Part shown: positions 54,801 to 63,590 of the stretch, in pieces
How positions within the stretch are numbered: position 1 is the first letter of the stretch
How the letters are laid out: each line of letters opens with the position of its first letter
Virus record (IMG/VR): IMGVR_UViG_3300034358_000044
Span: 1 to 64,000 of that record
Reading direction: 5' to 3' (one strand)
DNA: 64,000 nucleotides
Source of the DNA: a virus
Notes under the pieces: generated by a model
Databases searched by the model: none
The model's input: only the letters and a program-made list of their open reading frames with translations
Told to the model about the DNA's origin: nothing
Translations under genes and position numbers: made by a program

Positions 54801-55113
54801 GGACATCTTTGGTGACGCCCAACTGGACTTCACCATCAACAAGAAGGCTGTTGGTGGGGATGCACAGGTGAAGAAGAGGGAGGATGGAACGACTCCGAGG
54901 GTCGGGTTCCATACCGGAGCCACCCACAGTACGTTGGTGGACGTGGGGAACCTGGTTGGGCTGGCAACGGATCTTCAGTTGGGGTTCAAGAGGGTAGACA
55001 ACCTTGGAGCTTCAGAGCCTATGGTGACTCAGTACGATGTTCGCAAGCCCAAGAAGGATAGAGTGCGGACGTACATCGCGGACTTGACCAAGGGCCCCGG
55101 GTTCGTTGGATAG
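51832..55113 (+). CDS. Putative baseplate hub protein (gp27/VgrG-like)
   Basis: 1093 aa; LFAGEVVG...VLQCLDFSNY; SING.FNPSL.CGFP pattern typical of hubs; synteny. Confidence 0.6.
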   Translation: MPAAKLLRLRLLLEGEEVPVISAQVMINIGAPATASIQIIPLDSALDFFPRTMVHLFFLDVQGVGEEQTSEYKLLFAGEVVGFAYSQTPASRGTVLQCLDFSNYWDSCNAMAVSYGPGGNAFTNDGSINGASIGMFTDIPGDSAAEHLVRWVRSPPVTAGLTGVSGLAGGIIHIMEAMGGVPGHFKGINDFYTVAELRCRLMNQITAEENDSTASRVLSIKVFEEWLKGGLQQAGGNITFRDIMNLLFSHIFYEFVPNPAPKFDNGNGSKSTKTNSIALTSNSKVAGIRTRLDEMRMSLILLNGQITLMATGDMIPTVTGLSTILSDILKDLIALGQSPSELTKARASVQQASNALTKLKTVTSSSIESRLASLPEAWKAIEDAIGFLDAGKVTSISTEYSSQRLKAHIVRPDCWFSSPPVCNVIFPEMYASLSFDRNFLQETTRLLVHSFDTLIGRDHLMANHILSPFIGFDATKLAKYKGAASFRILMDHEIHVGIVSKTEWIPNSAGISTDLDAEQLKKVSSGRLSWLIKASLYHFFKARFSARQVSINGRFNPSLVCGFPGAVITRPYYIDGGAAALRRAHGGTDVPDSDISGLIHEKAGEFNAPAHFVGLIGAIQHSIDQSGGTTSAVLHYARKHRGIDDEFIGYMVGMKENTGTRVLKYELEIEKALELASPTTTTPNIKPIALLMGVTPSKDEVEKPKKTAGKTSSVRPKVSSQEVSAASKDPKAQASAITAFVFSTNTESDTAGQDKVDEKPPRTHVGSISEANRTNVFIPFGSSASIKVNSKEGLFGGRIVGIEVPKGATLQTVAYGISGTVPVYVALTPTRDGTVYKFQTGSQTFKANKRGDAFTRVIIYEEVSFAVSGSLPIEEILRPSWFSTGYSSQRIGKQIYQPFFGCDAVVDNLVVSPDSAPPADDGSDPEPVDAATSAQDMMKRVSAAESQSRAISIEKSLNVLAYEYGQVKLHARDVESFIESYTKRPIATYRDIFGDAQLDFTINKKAVGGDAQVKKREDGTTPRVGFHTGATHSTLVDVGNLVGLATDLQLGFKRVDNLGASEPMVTQYDVRKPKKDRVRTYIADLTKGPGFVG

Positions 55114-55170
55114 TACCACTTCTTCTCACCCTTACTCCCCTTGGTGTAGGGTCGAGCCTTGGAGACCCAC

Positions 55171-55491
55171 ATGAACTACTCCGACATGATGAAACAGGCA
55201 ATGCGGGGAGAGCTCCGCAAGATTGCCTTCTCTCGTATTGGGCGCAAGCCTATTGGCATCGATCGCCTTCTTGAGAGGGAGTCTGAGTCTCAGGAGACGC
55301 CGAGCAATGTCTTCGGCAAGGTGGATATCACTCCTGAGCAGTTCCAGGCGGACATCGAGAAGGTCTCTGGTATTGGGAAATCCATCGCTCTGATGGGCGT
55401 CGGGTCTCTCGGTACTCTTGGAGCCCAAAAAGCCAACAACGATCGCAAGATGGGCAAGATGATGCGGATGCAGCAGCAGCAGGGCTACTGA
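55171..55491 (+). CDS. ELxKIA-leader protein
   Basis: QAMRGELRKIA; C-terminal Gly-rich hydrophobic segment. Confidence 0.75.
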   Translation: MNYSDMMKQAMRGELRKIAFSRIGRKPIGIDRLLERESESQETPSNVFGKVDITPEQFQADIEKVSGIGKSIALMGVGSLGTLGAQKANNDRKMGKMMRMQQQQGY

Positions 55492-55499
55492 GAGGCCAC

Positions 55500-56186
55500 A
55501 TGGACTGGGCTGGAATTCGGGCTGGTCTTCAGGACGAGCTGGAGAAGATCGCTGCCTTCAGCTTGCAGGGACTGTCACCAGAGACGGTGATGGAGAAGAG
55601 TATCCCTCCTCCACCAATGGAGACTCCTGGTTTCAGCAAGGCTCGTGACATTCTTGAGCGAGCTTCTCAAGCCCAGGTGAAGACTGCGGCGAAGGCCTCA
55701 AAGTCTTCGAAGAAGGTACAGCAGGCCCTTCCCCAGCAGCTCGGTCTTGGCAAGATGGTGAACCAGGGGGATGATTCCCTCAACGAGAAGGCCAAGAGTG
55801 TTGCTGGGTACGGCTTGGCCGGTCTTGGTACTGGAGGGGCTCTTCATAAGGCCTACTCTTCGATTCCCAGTGTCCACGAGTCTGTCCGCCATCACTCCAT
55901 CAAGGACGAAGCAAAGTGGTTGGCCGAAGCGAAGCTGAACAACATCGGAAACAAGTTGATGGTCGGTGGGGCTCTCGTTGGCCTCGGCTATGGGGCCAAT
56001 CGTCTTCGTCAGAAGGCCAAGGCAAAGACCGGTACCATCACCAAGACCGCAACCCTGACGACTCCTGGGCAGTCACTGAAGGCTTCCAAGCAGGTGGGAA
56101 GCCTTAAGACCGCCCCAAGTTTGGCGGGACCAAGTACGACCTCACAGATTCGTGGTCAATTCATCGGCAAGAAGGGTATCCCATGA
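55500..56186 (+). CDS. ELxKIA-leader protein with glycine-zipper segments
   Basis: GLQDELEKIA; GYGLAGLGTGG; VGGALVGLGYG. Confidence 0.8.
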   Translation: MDWAGIRAGLQDELEKIAAFSLQGLSPETVMEKSIPPPPMETPGFSKARDILERASQAQVKTAAKASKSSKKVQQALPQQLGLGKMVNQGDDSLNEKAKSVAGYGLAGLGTGGALHKAYSSIPSVHESVRHHSIKDEAKWLAEAKLNNIGNKLMVGGALVGLGYGANRLRQKAKAKTGTITKTATLTTPGQSLKASKQVGSLKTAPSLAGPSTTSQIRGQFIGKKGIP

Positions 56187-57193
56187 AAAAGAAGATTGCA
56201 GTTGGAAACGGTGGGGAAGAGGAGCTGGAGCAGCTTCAGCGAATCGTCCTGACCCGCAACGACACCCGTGCTGCTGCCGATGTACTCTTCGGTGCTCCTG
56301 CCGCTGCTGCCAGGAAGGTGGACAGGGGGCTGCTGGAGAAGCTCTTCGTTCAGACGCCGGCTGCGGTGGTCATGGCGCCCAATCTCCAGAAGACCAGTGC
56401 GGTCCACGAGAAGATCGCCCGAGTCTTTGGGGAGTCACCCCCAGGCAACTCGATCGAGGGGGAGATTCCGTATCACGTTCGGAGGAAGGAGTACGAGTCC
56501 TACGCCAACAAGAAGTCCAGGGAGGCGCCGACTCCCTACAGCACGTCGGTTCCAACTGGGGCGCTGGTAGGCGGTCTCGGAGGGGCGGCGGTAGGTGCTG
56601 GGCACGCGGGTGTTCGCGGAGCTGCCATCGGCGGTCTCGGTGGGGCACTACTCGGCGGCCTGACTGGGGCAGGCCTGAGCGCCTCGGACAAGGCGCACAT
56701 CGAGTCCGCGAAGAAGGCCATCAAGTCCAGAGAGAACTTGGACAGTGCCTTGGCCGGGCACATTCATGCGGTCAAGCAGCATGCCCGGACGACCGAGGCA
56801 ATGGAGAGGGCCTCTGAGCGCATGTCGGCTGAGAGGAGGCACCAGGACACCATGTCCGCTCTGGGCGGTCTTGCAGATCGGGGACCGAGAGAGGTCAACG
56901 TCAATCACCACTACGAGGCCAAGAAGACCTCTGGGAAGTGCCTCAACTGCGGAGCTCCTGCTACTGGGGGCCTCTGCGAGTACTGCGGAGCGAACGACTT
57001 CTCCAAGACCTCTCATGTGGCCGCCTTCTTCGAGAAGCTGTCAGCTCCAACTGAAGCCCAGCAGCGGTACCCCGAGCTCCTGAAGGCTGCGGAGATGGAC
57101 ACCAAGAAGGTGCTCTCCATCAAGCCTCGGGTGACCACGGACACGACGGGTACTACCCCCACTCGGTCGTCTCTTTCTGGTGGAAGCGCGTAG
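56183..57193 (+). CDS. Glycine-zipper protein with Zn ribbon and KIA/KTS motifs
   Basis: MKKKIA, QKTSAVHEKIA, GGLGGAAVGAG...GGLTGAG, CLNCG...CEYCG. Confidence 0.8.
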   Translation: MKKKIAVGNGGEEELEQLQRIVLTRNDTRAAADVLFGAPAAAARKVDRGLLEKLFVQTPAAVVMAPNLQKTSAVHEKIARVFGESPPGNSIEGEIPYHVRRKEYESYANKKSREAPTPYSTSVPTGALVGGLGGAAVGAGHAGVRGAAIGGLGGALLGGLTGAGLSASDKAHIESAKKAIKSRENLDSALAGHIHAVKQHARTTEAMERASERMSAERRHQDTMSALGGLADRGPREVNVNHHYEAKKTSGKCLNCGAPATGGLCEYCGANDFSKTSHVAAFFEKLSAPTEAQQRYPELLKAAEMDTKKVLSIKPRVTTDTTGTTPTRSSLSGGSA

Positions 57194-57196
57194 CCG

Positions 57197-58102
57197 ATGC
57201 CCGGCCTGGAAGACAGGGGCCAGGCCCTAGAATGGGTTCTGGGTAAGATTGCTGCAGCCTCGAAGAAGGCTCCGGCGAAGCCTGCCTACAGCATTCCCAA
57301 GTTCGAGCCTTCCAAGCCTGCTTCCTTTCAACCAGCGGCCCCTCTCGGTGCCGAGAGGAAGCAGAAGGAGGTCGATCTCTGGCACCAGTGGAACAACAAC
57401 GGTCGGAAGCCAAAGGACTTGGATCCGCTTCTCAAGTCCTTCAGCAACGTGATTCAGAAGAGGATGAACTCTTTTCGTGGTGCAGAAGTCCCGAAGTCAG
57501 CCATCCAGCACAAGCTCAAGACATTTGCTGTCGAGGCCTTCAAGACGTGGGATCCCAAGAAGGGTGGAGCTCTCAATACCTGGGTCACCATCAAGTTGAA
57601 ACCTGGTGAGCGATACGTCAACTCGAACAAGAATCAGACGTACTCCCCAGAGAACATCACGCAGCACATCGGTTCGTACAATACCCTCAAGTCTGAGCTC
57701 CACGAGAAGCTTGGGTACGAACCTGATGCCCACTACATCCATGACCACCTGTTGGAATTCGGTCATCCCAAGGAGACTTTCGCTGCCCTCTCCTTGAAGG
57801 ACATCAAGCGCCTGGAGAAGGAACAGCGTCGAAGCCTGGTGGCCTCCTCTCATGACTCAGAGGAGATTACCGGAGTCCCCAACATGTCTTCTCGGGCAGA
57901 AGAGGTGAAGCACCTCATCATTCCCGAGCTGACCCACGAGGAGAGGGCAGTCCACGAGTTCAGCTTCGGTCTCAACGGGAAGGCACAGTTGAAACCCGGG
58001 GAGATTGCCAAGAAGTTGAAGATGGACAACAGCAAGGTCTCGAAGTTGAGGTCCTCCATCCTGAGGAAGATGCAGAAGCACATGGGAGGAGAAGATGAGT
58101 GA
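57197..58102 (+). CDS. Sigma70-family (group 3, FliA/WhiG-like) RNA polymerase sigma factor
   Basis: Region 2 AFKTWDPKKGGALNTWV; region 3 KLGYEPD; region 4 LTHEERAVHEFSFGLNG..LKPGEIAKKLKMDNSKVSKL. Confidence 0.8.
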   Translation: MPGLEDRGQALEWVLGKIAAASKKAPAKPAYSIPKFEPSKPASFQPAAPLGAERKQKEVDLWHQWNNNGRKPKDLDPLLKSFSNVIQKRMNSFRGAEVPKSAIQHKLKTFAVEAFKTWDPKKGGALNTWVTIKLKPGERYVNSNKNQTYSPENITQHIGSYNTLKSELHEKLGYEPDAHYIHDHLLEFGHPKETFAALSLKDIKRLEKEQRRSLVASSHDSEEITGVPNMSSRAEEVKHLIIPELTHEERAVHEFSFGLNGKAQLKPGEIAKKLKMDNSKVSKLRSSILRKMQKHMGGEDE

Positions 58103-58304
58103 TCGACTCTCCCGGGTGAAGAAGCTGGCTGAAGCAGTCCAGAAGTACGCAGATGACGAGAAGAAGAGAATTGAGAATGAGGTCAAGGTTCTTGAAGCCA
58201 TTCTGGAGAAGAGGACTGGAGGGAACGGCATCCAGGCCGTGAGTCTGAGGGTGGTCAGTGCTGCGGCCGAGAACGATCTCAAGGCCTACCTGGAGGACGC
58301 ATAA
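58095..58304 (+). CDS. Small coiled-coil protein
   Basis: GGAGGAG RBS. Confidence 0.75.
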   Translation: MSDRLSRVKKLAEAVQKYADDEKKRIENEVKVLEAILEKRTGGNGIQAVSLRVVSAAAENDLKAYLEDA

Positions 58305-58634
58305 GTGGAGGAACTTCTCACCCTCATCTACAAGACCTACGGAATCGTGGGCTTGTTGATTATCTCGCCAGTCGTGGCGTGCATCTACTTGTGGCGTGAG
58401 AACAAGACGAACCACCGCGAGAGCAATCGTCAGGTTCAGGCTGCAAATGACAGGGTAGCCGCTGCTCTTCAGCAGCGAGTCGTTGATGCGCAGTCCATCA
58501 CCAACAAGCTCGTCGAGATTGTCTCCGAGCAGGCTGCCGTCAACAGAGAGACCAGTCTCGCCCTGGCCCAGCTTGAGAACAAGCTCTCCACCATGAGTCT
58601 CAAGACCAGATCTGGCCCCAAGCCTCAAGAGTAG
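58305..58634 (+). CDS. Single-TM membrane protein (holin/antiholin-like)
   Basis: YGIVGLLIISPVVACIYLW followed by coiled coil. Confidence 0.6.
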   Translation: MEELLTLIYKTYGIVGLLIISPVVACIYLWRENKTNHRESNRQVQAANDRVAAALQQRVVDAQSITNKLVEIVSEQAAVNRETSLALAQLENKLSTMSLKTRSGPKPQE

Positions 58635-58690
58635 AACCTTGCGTTTCATGTAGTGCTGATGCAGTCTGCCGCCCTCGAAGGAGCGCCGAG

Positions 58691-59668
58691 ATGATTTCTC
58701 AGTTGACCATCACAGCGGCGCACGTGAACTACCTCAAGGCCAACGGCTATACGACTATCGAGGTGTGGGCTTCGGACGACTACGGCAACTCCTGGGAGGA
58801 AATCACCGCCTCGGTGCAGAAGCCGGCACAGCTCTTCTCCTACCCTGCCCAGAACACCTTCCAGATGGGCGGGAAGCTCATCCGGTTGTCCATCAACGGC
58901 ACGTCAGAGGTCTCCTTCCCGTTCAACACGGTCGTGGACCGGTACACGCCGGCCCAGGTAGCGAGTCGTCTCAATGAGGTTGTTCCTCTTCTCGGGTCGG
59001 TCCAAGGGAAGAAGGTCGTTCTCACCTCTGCCTTCGTCGGGCGCATCAGTTCCATCAAGGTGGCCTACAACGACGCTCATGAGCTCGGGTGGGAAGCCAA
59101 CTCCATCATCTACGGGAGAGAAGCCCGACTCCCGTTGATCACCGACCACCGCATCTATTCCTTCACGGATGTCGCAGGGAAGGGCATCACCAGGTACAAG
59201 TGGAGGTTCTCCGGCAACGGGGTCGACCCCATCTCGGATTTCTCGGACTACGTGCTAGGAAGTTCTCCTCCTGTCGAGGGCATCCCACTCTCCATCGGTA
59301 CGGCTATGTTCGTCGGAGTGGATGGGCGACCACTCAAGACCCGACTCATTGTGGTCACCGACACGGCTCCTCAAGGCATCGTGAACCTGGTGGACATCGA
59401 CCCGGGACCGAACGCCTCCATCATCCTCTCCCATGCAGGAGTTGGGTCCGAGATTCCCACCATCGTTGACTCCGACAACGAAGGGTTCGTTGCTCTGCGT
59501 CTGGTGCAGGGCACCAAGATTCGGGTGGCCATTGAGGGGACTTCCTTCGTGCGCGAGTTCGTCGTTCCCATGGTCCCGCACTTCAACCTGCTGCAGGTGA
59601 TGGCTGACGCACCGGATCCGTTCGCGATTCAGGTACCAGCGCAGTCCATCATTCGCAGAGCTTTGTGA
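58691..59668 (+). CDS. Putative virion structural protein
   Basis: Beta-rich, Ig/prealbumin-like segments; structural block. Confidence 0.6.
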   Translation: MISQLTITAAHVNYLKANGYTTIEVWASDDYGNSWEEITASVQKPAQLFSYPAQNTFQMGGKLIRLSINGTSEVSFPFNTVVDRYTPAQVASRLNEVVPLLGSVQGKKVVLTSAFVGRISSIKVAYNDAHELGWEANSIIYGREARLPLITDHRIYSFTDVAGKGITRYKWRFSGNGVDPISDFSDYVLGSSPPVEGIPLSIGTAMFVGVDGRPLKTRLIVVTDTAPQGIVNLVDIDPGPNASIILSHAGVGSEIPTIVDSDNEGFVALRLVQGTKIRVAIEGTSFVREFVVPMVPHFNLLQVMADAPDPFAIQVPAQSIIRRAL

Positions 59669-59675
59669 GGTCGAG

Positions 59676-60608
59676 ATGACGGTCCCTGTCGACATCTACC
59701 TGAAGGACCGCAGTGCCTACTCCACTCCCATTCGGGGTGTGGTGGTCTCCATCGTGGACCCCCAGACGTTCATGGTGTTGGCCACGGGGATGACGGACAT
59801 CACTGGTCGGGCCGCCTTCCTTCTCCCTGGGTCCCCAATGGGGCTTGGGACGATGTACGAGGTCCGCTTCTTCAAGTTGGGGGTCTTGTTCCCCAACCCC
59901 CAGAAGATCTACGTTCAGGAACCAGTACAGACGACGAACAAGTTTGACATGACCGGTACGCTGCTGCTGTTGCCAGCGGCGACGGATCCGAGGGTCTGCC
60001 GTTGTACGGGCCGGTTCATGTCACTCTCGAACAGGCCGGTGGTGGGGGCGACTGTTCGAGTGATGGCCAAGGTGGAGACGGGGTTCCAGACACCGAAGAT
60101 GGTAGATGGGAACCTCGTCTCCGCTGAGGCCTTGGCCGCTCAGACGGACGGAGATGGCTTCGTCTCCCTCGACCTCATTCGTGGGGCCGAGTACTACATC
60201 ACCTTCTCCGGCGAAGACGACACCCTGTGGAACATCAAGGTGCCGAACATGCCGATGATGAACCTCATCGACCTCATCCACCCAGCCCCTGTGATGCTCA
60301 AGTGGAACAACGCGGTGGCCCCCACCGCAGCCGTCACGGTGGTGAAGGGGCAGTACATCAACGTTCCCTTCACCCTCATCTACAGTGACTTCGAGGAGCT
60401 GGCGGAGGGCTCGTCGAAGTGGGTCCGCTTCATGAACTCCGACGACACGAAGATCGAGGTCTCGTACAACTCAGGAGTGGTCTCGGTGAGGGGAGTAGCA
60501 CCTGGAGTGGCCAACGTGCAGGCCGAGCTCCTCCCAGATCTCAAGCCTGCCAGGGTTCCTGACTACTCCCTCTCCGCCTACCCTCTGACGGTGACTGTCA
60601 CGCCATGA
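59676..60608 (+). CDS. Putative virion protein with prealbumin-like and Ig-like domains
   Basis: TGMTDITGRAAF and QTDGDGFVSL repeats; C-terminal VVSVRGVAPGVANV. Confidence 0.6.
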   Translation: MTVPVDIYLKDRSAYSTPIRGVVVSIVDPQTFMVLATGMTDITGRAAFLLPGSPMGLGTMYEVRFFKLGVLFPNPQKIYVQEPVQTTNKFDMTGTLLLLPAATDPRVCRCTGRFMSLSNRPVVGATVRVMAKVETGFQTPKMVDGNLVSAEALAAQTDGDGFVSLDLIRGAEYYITFSGEDDTLWNIKVPNMPMMNLIDLIHPAPVMLKWNNAVAPTAAVTVVKGQYINVPFTLIYSDFEELAEGSSKWVRFMNSDDTKIEVSYNSGVVSVRGVAPGVANVQAELLPDLKPARVPDYSLSAYPLTVTVTP

Positions 60609-61054
60609 TGGAAGAAGAGCAGGAGTTCGACTCAACGGACGGAGACGCCCTCCCCTCCTCCACCCCCTCTGACCGACGCTATGCCGGTGTTCGAGCTCTC
60701 TGGATGAAGGTCATCATCCGGGCAGTCTTCGATTGGGTGACCTACAGGGACAGCACGAAGATTGACAAGCTCAAGTATGCGGAGAGCGCCCACGACTGGC
60801 TCTTCGAAAAGAATGTCCTCTTCAACAGCTTCGAGAACGTCTGTCGTCACCTGGACATCGATCCTATCGTCATTCGACAGCATGCCAGGAAGATGACCAA
60901 GGACGACGTTGCCAAGATAGAGCACCTGGAGAGGGACTACGAAGTTGTGAAGGGGCCTGTCGGCAAGCTTCTTCCAATGGCTCCTCCAAGTCGAGTTCCT
61001 TGGGCTGCAGGTCGCAAGGTCTACAAGGAGCAGGTTCTCAGTGGGGGCTTCTGA
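60605..61054 (+). CDS. Conserved phage hypothetical protein
   Basis: LWMKVIIRAVFD...A.DWLF...SFENVC..LDIDP pattern. Confidence 0.75.
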   Translation: MMEEEQEFDSTDGDALPSSTPSDRRYAGVRALWMKVIIRAVFDWVTYRDSTKIDKLKYAESAHDWLFEKNVLFNSFENVCRHLDIDPIVIRQHARKMTKDDVAKIEHLERDYEVVKGPVGKLLPMAPPSRVPWAAGRKVYKEQVLSGGF

Positions 61055-63231
61055 TGGCTGCGACCCTACAGGACCGCGTTACAAATCTCCTGAGCAAGGA
61101 CATCGTCCAACCCAAGATCCGAGGAGTGCCCAGGCCCGACATCGAGACTGCCTCCGTTGTCGAAAGCCTGGCCCTGACGATGATGCTGCATCCACGTTCC
61201 GCCCTCTACGCGCACTACCTGGCCAAGAACGGGCTGGTCATTGCCATCGATGCAGAGGTCGCCGCCATCGATGTCCTGAAGAAGTCGATTCAGGATCTCA
61301 GCAACGTGACCTACGCCATCAAGGACACCAAGGCGCTGGGTCGAGCTCGATCGGCTCTCTTGCAGCTTGCTACCCAGGGAAGGGTGTCCGCCGAGAGTAG
61401 CGCCTTCACCCGGTACAGTGATGCTGTCGATGACTTCCTGACTCTCCAGCTCGCCAAGAACGTCAGGCGTCCTGGAGCTACGGAGCTTTCGAGGCCCGGT
61501 CAGGAAGCCGCCATTGCCCTACCTTCGGACCTGGAAGCGGTGAAGACGGCGCACATGGATCTCCTGGACAGGCTCTACGCCCTGGCTGTGGGGGCGCAGA
61601 ACTTCCTCTCCATCCCCTTCAACGCCATGGTCGGGGCCAATGCCGTCTACAGGACGAAGAAAGACCTCGACGTCCTCTTGGCGGAACTTGCCGAAGACGA
61701 CTCCGGAACGCAGTCCAGAGACGCAGTGACGAGGCTCCTGGCTGGAAGAGCCACCATCCGCACGCTCAGCACTTCAGTGGTCATGGAGGGGGCCGTCGTC
61801 GACACCCTTCGTCAGCTCCCGGGTGGGAGGCGCCTGAGTGGGGTCACGCCTTCTGTACCCCCATCGGTCACGTCTACCCCAGGGCCGTTCCTCAACATGG
61901 CCATGGGGATGTTCTGCACCGTCAATGGGGAGGGAGGTGGTGGAACCCTCATGAGCCAGGCCAGCAACGCCCCAGCGGTCCTCAGTGAGGAGATTGCCTA
62001 CCCGGTGGCGGTATCGACAGGGGCTACCCTCCTGCTGCACCTGGAGGCCATCCCAGGGCTCACCTGGACCCAGGTTGGTGACTACTACTCGGAGCCAACC
62101 CTGGGAGGGGGTTGGTCGGTGTTCGGAACGACCTACGGCAAGGTGATTTCGGTCAACCTGAATACGGACCCAACGATGCCTTTGAAGAGCCTCCCCATGA
62201 TCCTGGCCAGCATCACGTCAGGGCTGGGTCTGTACGGCTCAGCAGTGGAGTTCGTCTCGGACACCAATCGCATCCTGGTCATCGCCTCTGAGCCGAAGAT
62301 TCAGACTCTCTCAGTGGTGCCCCCCTCAGGCCCACTTCTGGGATTCGTCTCCGACGTCGTGGGGGTTCACGGTACTCCGGCGAAGCGGGTCGTCTACGCC
62401 ATGAACGAGCTCTTCAACGGGCTCATCATCGTGACGCTCAACTCGGACCAGTCAATCACCCTGACCTCCACGGATTCGACTCCTGGTGCGAAGATGCACC
62501 TCTGGGGAACTGCGGTGACGGAGATGGGCTTCTCGACTGAGTTCGACTACTCGTTCGTGGCCTACTCGGATTCTGTCATGCTGGTGGAAGACGGGGTGTC
62601 GGTCTCGCCCATTGGGCTTGTTGACGTGGGGGATGTCCTGTCGAGCCCAACCGGCTCGTCCACCATCAAGTCTCTGAGCTCGACGGTCATCACGCTGGAT
62701 ACCCCCATCCCGACCTTCTTGGGCCCCGTCACCGTCACCAGTGGGCTCTACCTCGTGTGGGAGGAGCTGACTCGACAGCTCGATTCCTTCCTCGGGTCAT
62801 GGGTCATCGGTCCCTATGCGTCCGACCTCACGGCACTCGACCAGGTCATCGCAGTCCTTGTTGGGTCGCCAACCTCCCCTAGGAGAAGTGAGGCAGTTGT
62901 TCTCTTGGACGACTTGAGGACCAAGCTTCTCTCTTTGAGGGCAGGGCTTACCTCGACTACGGCTACACTTCCTGCTGGAGGAGGGTCGCAGGAGAAGGTT
63001 GTCGTGCAGGGCATCCTCGACATCTTCACCGAGAGAAAGTTCACCAGGGCAATAGACCTCTTCCTGAGGTGCAAGCTGCAGGAGGTCTTCCAGATTGACT
63101 GGCAGACCGCCTCCTACAGCGGTGACCTGATGAAGGCGGCAGAGGCAATCGCGCAGAACGACATCAAGTTCCCTGACAGCTCAAAGGATGAGGGCTTCGA
63201 GGTTCTTGGGGTCAGAGAGGTCTCTCGATGA
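61054..63231 (+). CDS. Putative virion structural protein
   Basis: 725 aa; helical termini, beta-rich core; TGATG coupling. Confidence 0.7.
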   Translation: MAATLQDRVTNLLSKDIVQPKIRGVPRPDIETASVVESLALTMMLHPRSALYAHYLAKNGLVIAIDAEVAAIDVLKKSIQDLSNVTYAIKDTKALGRARSALLQLATQGRVSAESSAFTRYSDAVDDFLTLQLAKNVRRPGATELSRPGQEAAIALPSDLEAVKTAHMDLLDRLYALAVGAQNFLSIPFNAMVGANAVYRTKKDLDVLLAELAEDDSGTQSRDAVTRLLAGRATIRTLSTSVVMEGAVVDTLRQLPGGRRLSGVTPSVPPSVTSTPGPFLNMAMGMFCTVNGEGGGGTLMSQASNAPAVLSEEIAYPVAVSTGATLLLHLEAIPGLTWTQVGDYYSEPTLGGGWSVFGTTYGKVISVNLNTDPTMPLKSLPMILASITSGLGLYGSAVEFVSDTNRILVIASEPKIQTLSVVPPSGPLLGFVSDVVGVHGTPAKRVVYAMNELFNGLIIVTLNSDQSITLTSTDSTPGAKMHLWGTAVTEMGFSTEFDYSFVAYSDSVMLVEDGVSVSPIGLVDVGDVLSSPTGSSTIKSLSSTVITLDTPIPTFLGPVTVTSGLYLVWEELTRQLDSFLGSWVIGPYASDLTALDQVIAVLVGSPTSPRRSEAVVLLDDLRTKLLSLRAGLTSTTATLPAGGGSQEKVVVQGILDIFTERKFTRAIDLFLRCKLQEVFQIDWQTASYSGDLMKAAEAIAQNDIKFPDSSKDEGFEVLGVREVSR

Positions 63232-63590
63232 CCGTCAAGTTCCAGCCGGAGAACTTCCGTCAGATTCTGCACTCTGGGTACTCGGCTCTTCGTGGGCTGG
63301 AGGTCTCCAAGGCCCTCTCTGGTGTGACTCTGAACCACGTCATCAAGGGGCACATCGACTCCCTGAAGAGGGACTCACTCAGAGCTTCCTTTCTGGTGGA
63401 TGATCGTGGGGAGTCCTTGGGAGACCGCATCTCCCAGTGGGATCGTATCGACGAGATCGAGAAGATGTTCAAGGATGCCGTGAAGGCTCTGGAAGCTGCA
63501 GGGGATAGCACCGAGTCTCTCAATGCCCTGGGCATCACCTCTACCAAGGGAGACTACCTCTCCTCGTCTGGCACGAGTTCCAAGCTATGA
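63228..63590 (+). CDS. Hypothetical helical protein
   Basis: 120 aa, ATGA overlap. Confidence 0.75.
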   Translation: MTVKFQPENFRQILHSGYSALRGLEVSKALSGVTLNHVIKGHIDSLKRDSLRASFLVDDRGESLGDRISQWDRIDEIEKMFKDAVKALEAAGDSTESLNALGITSTKGDYLSSSGTSSKL

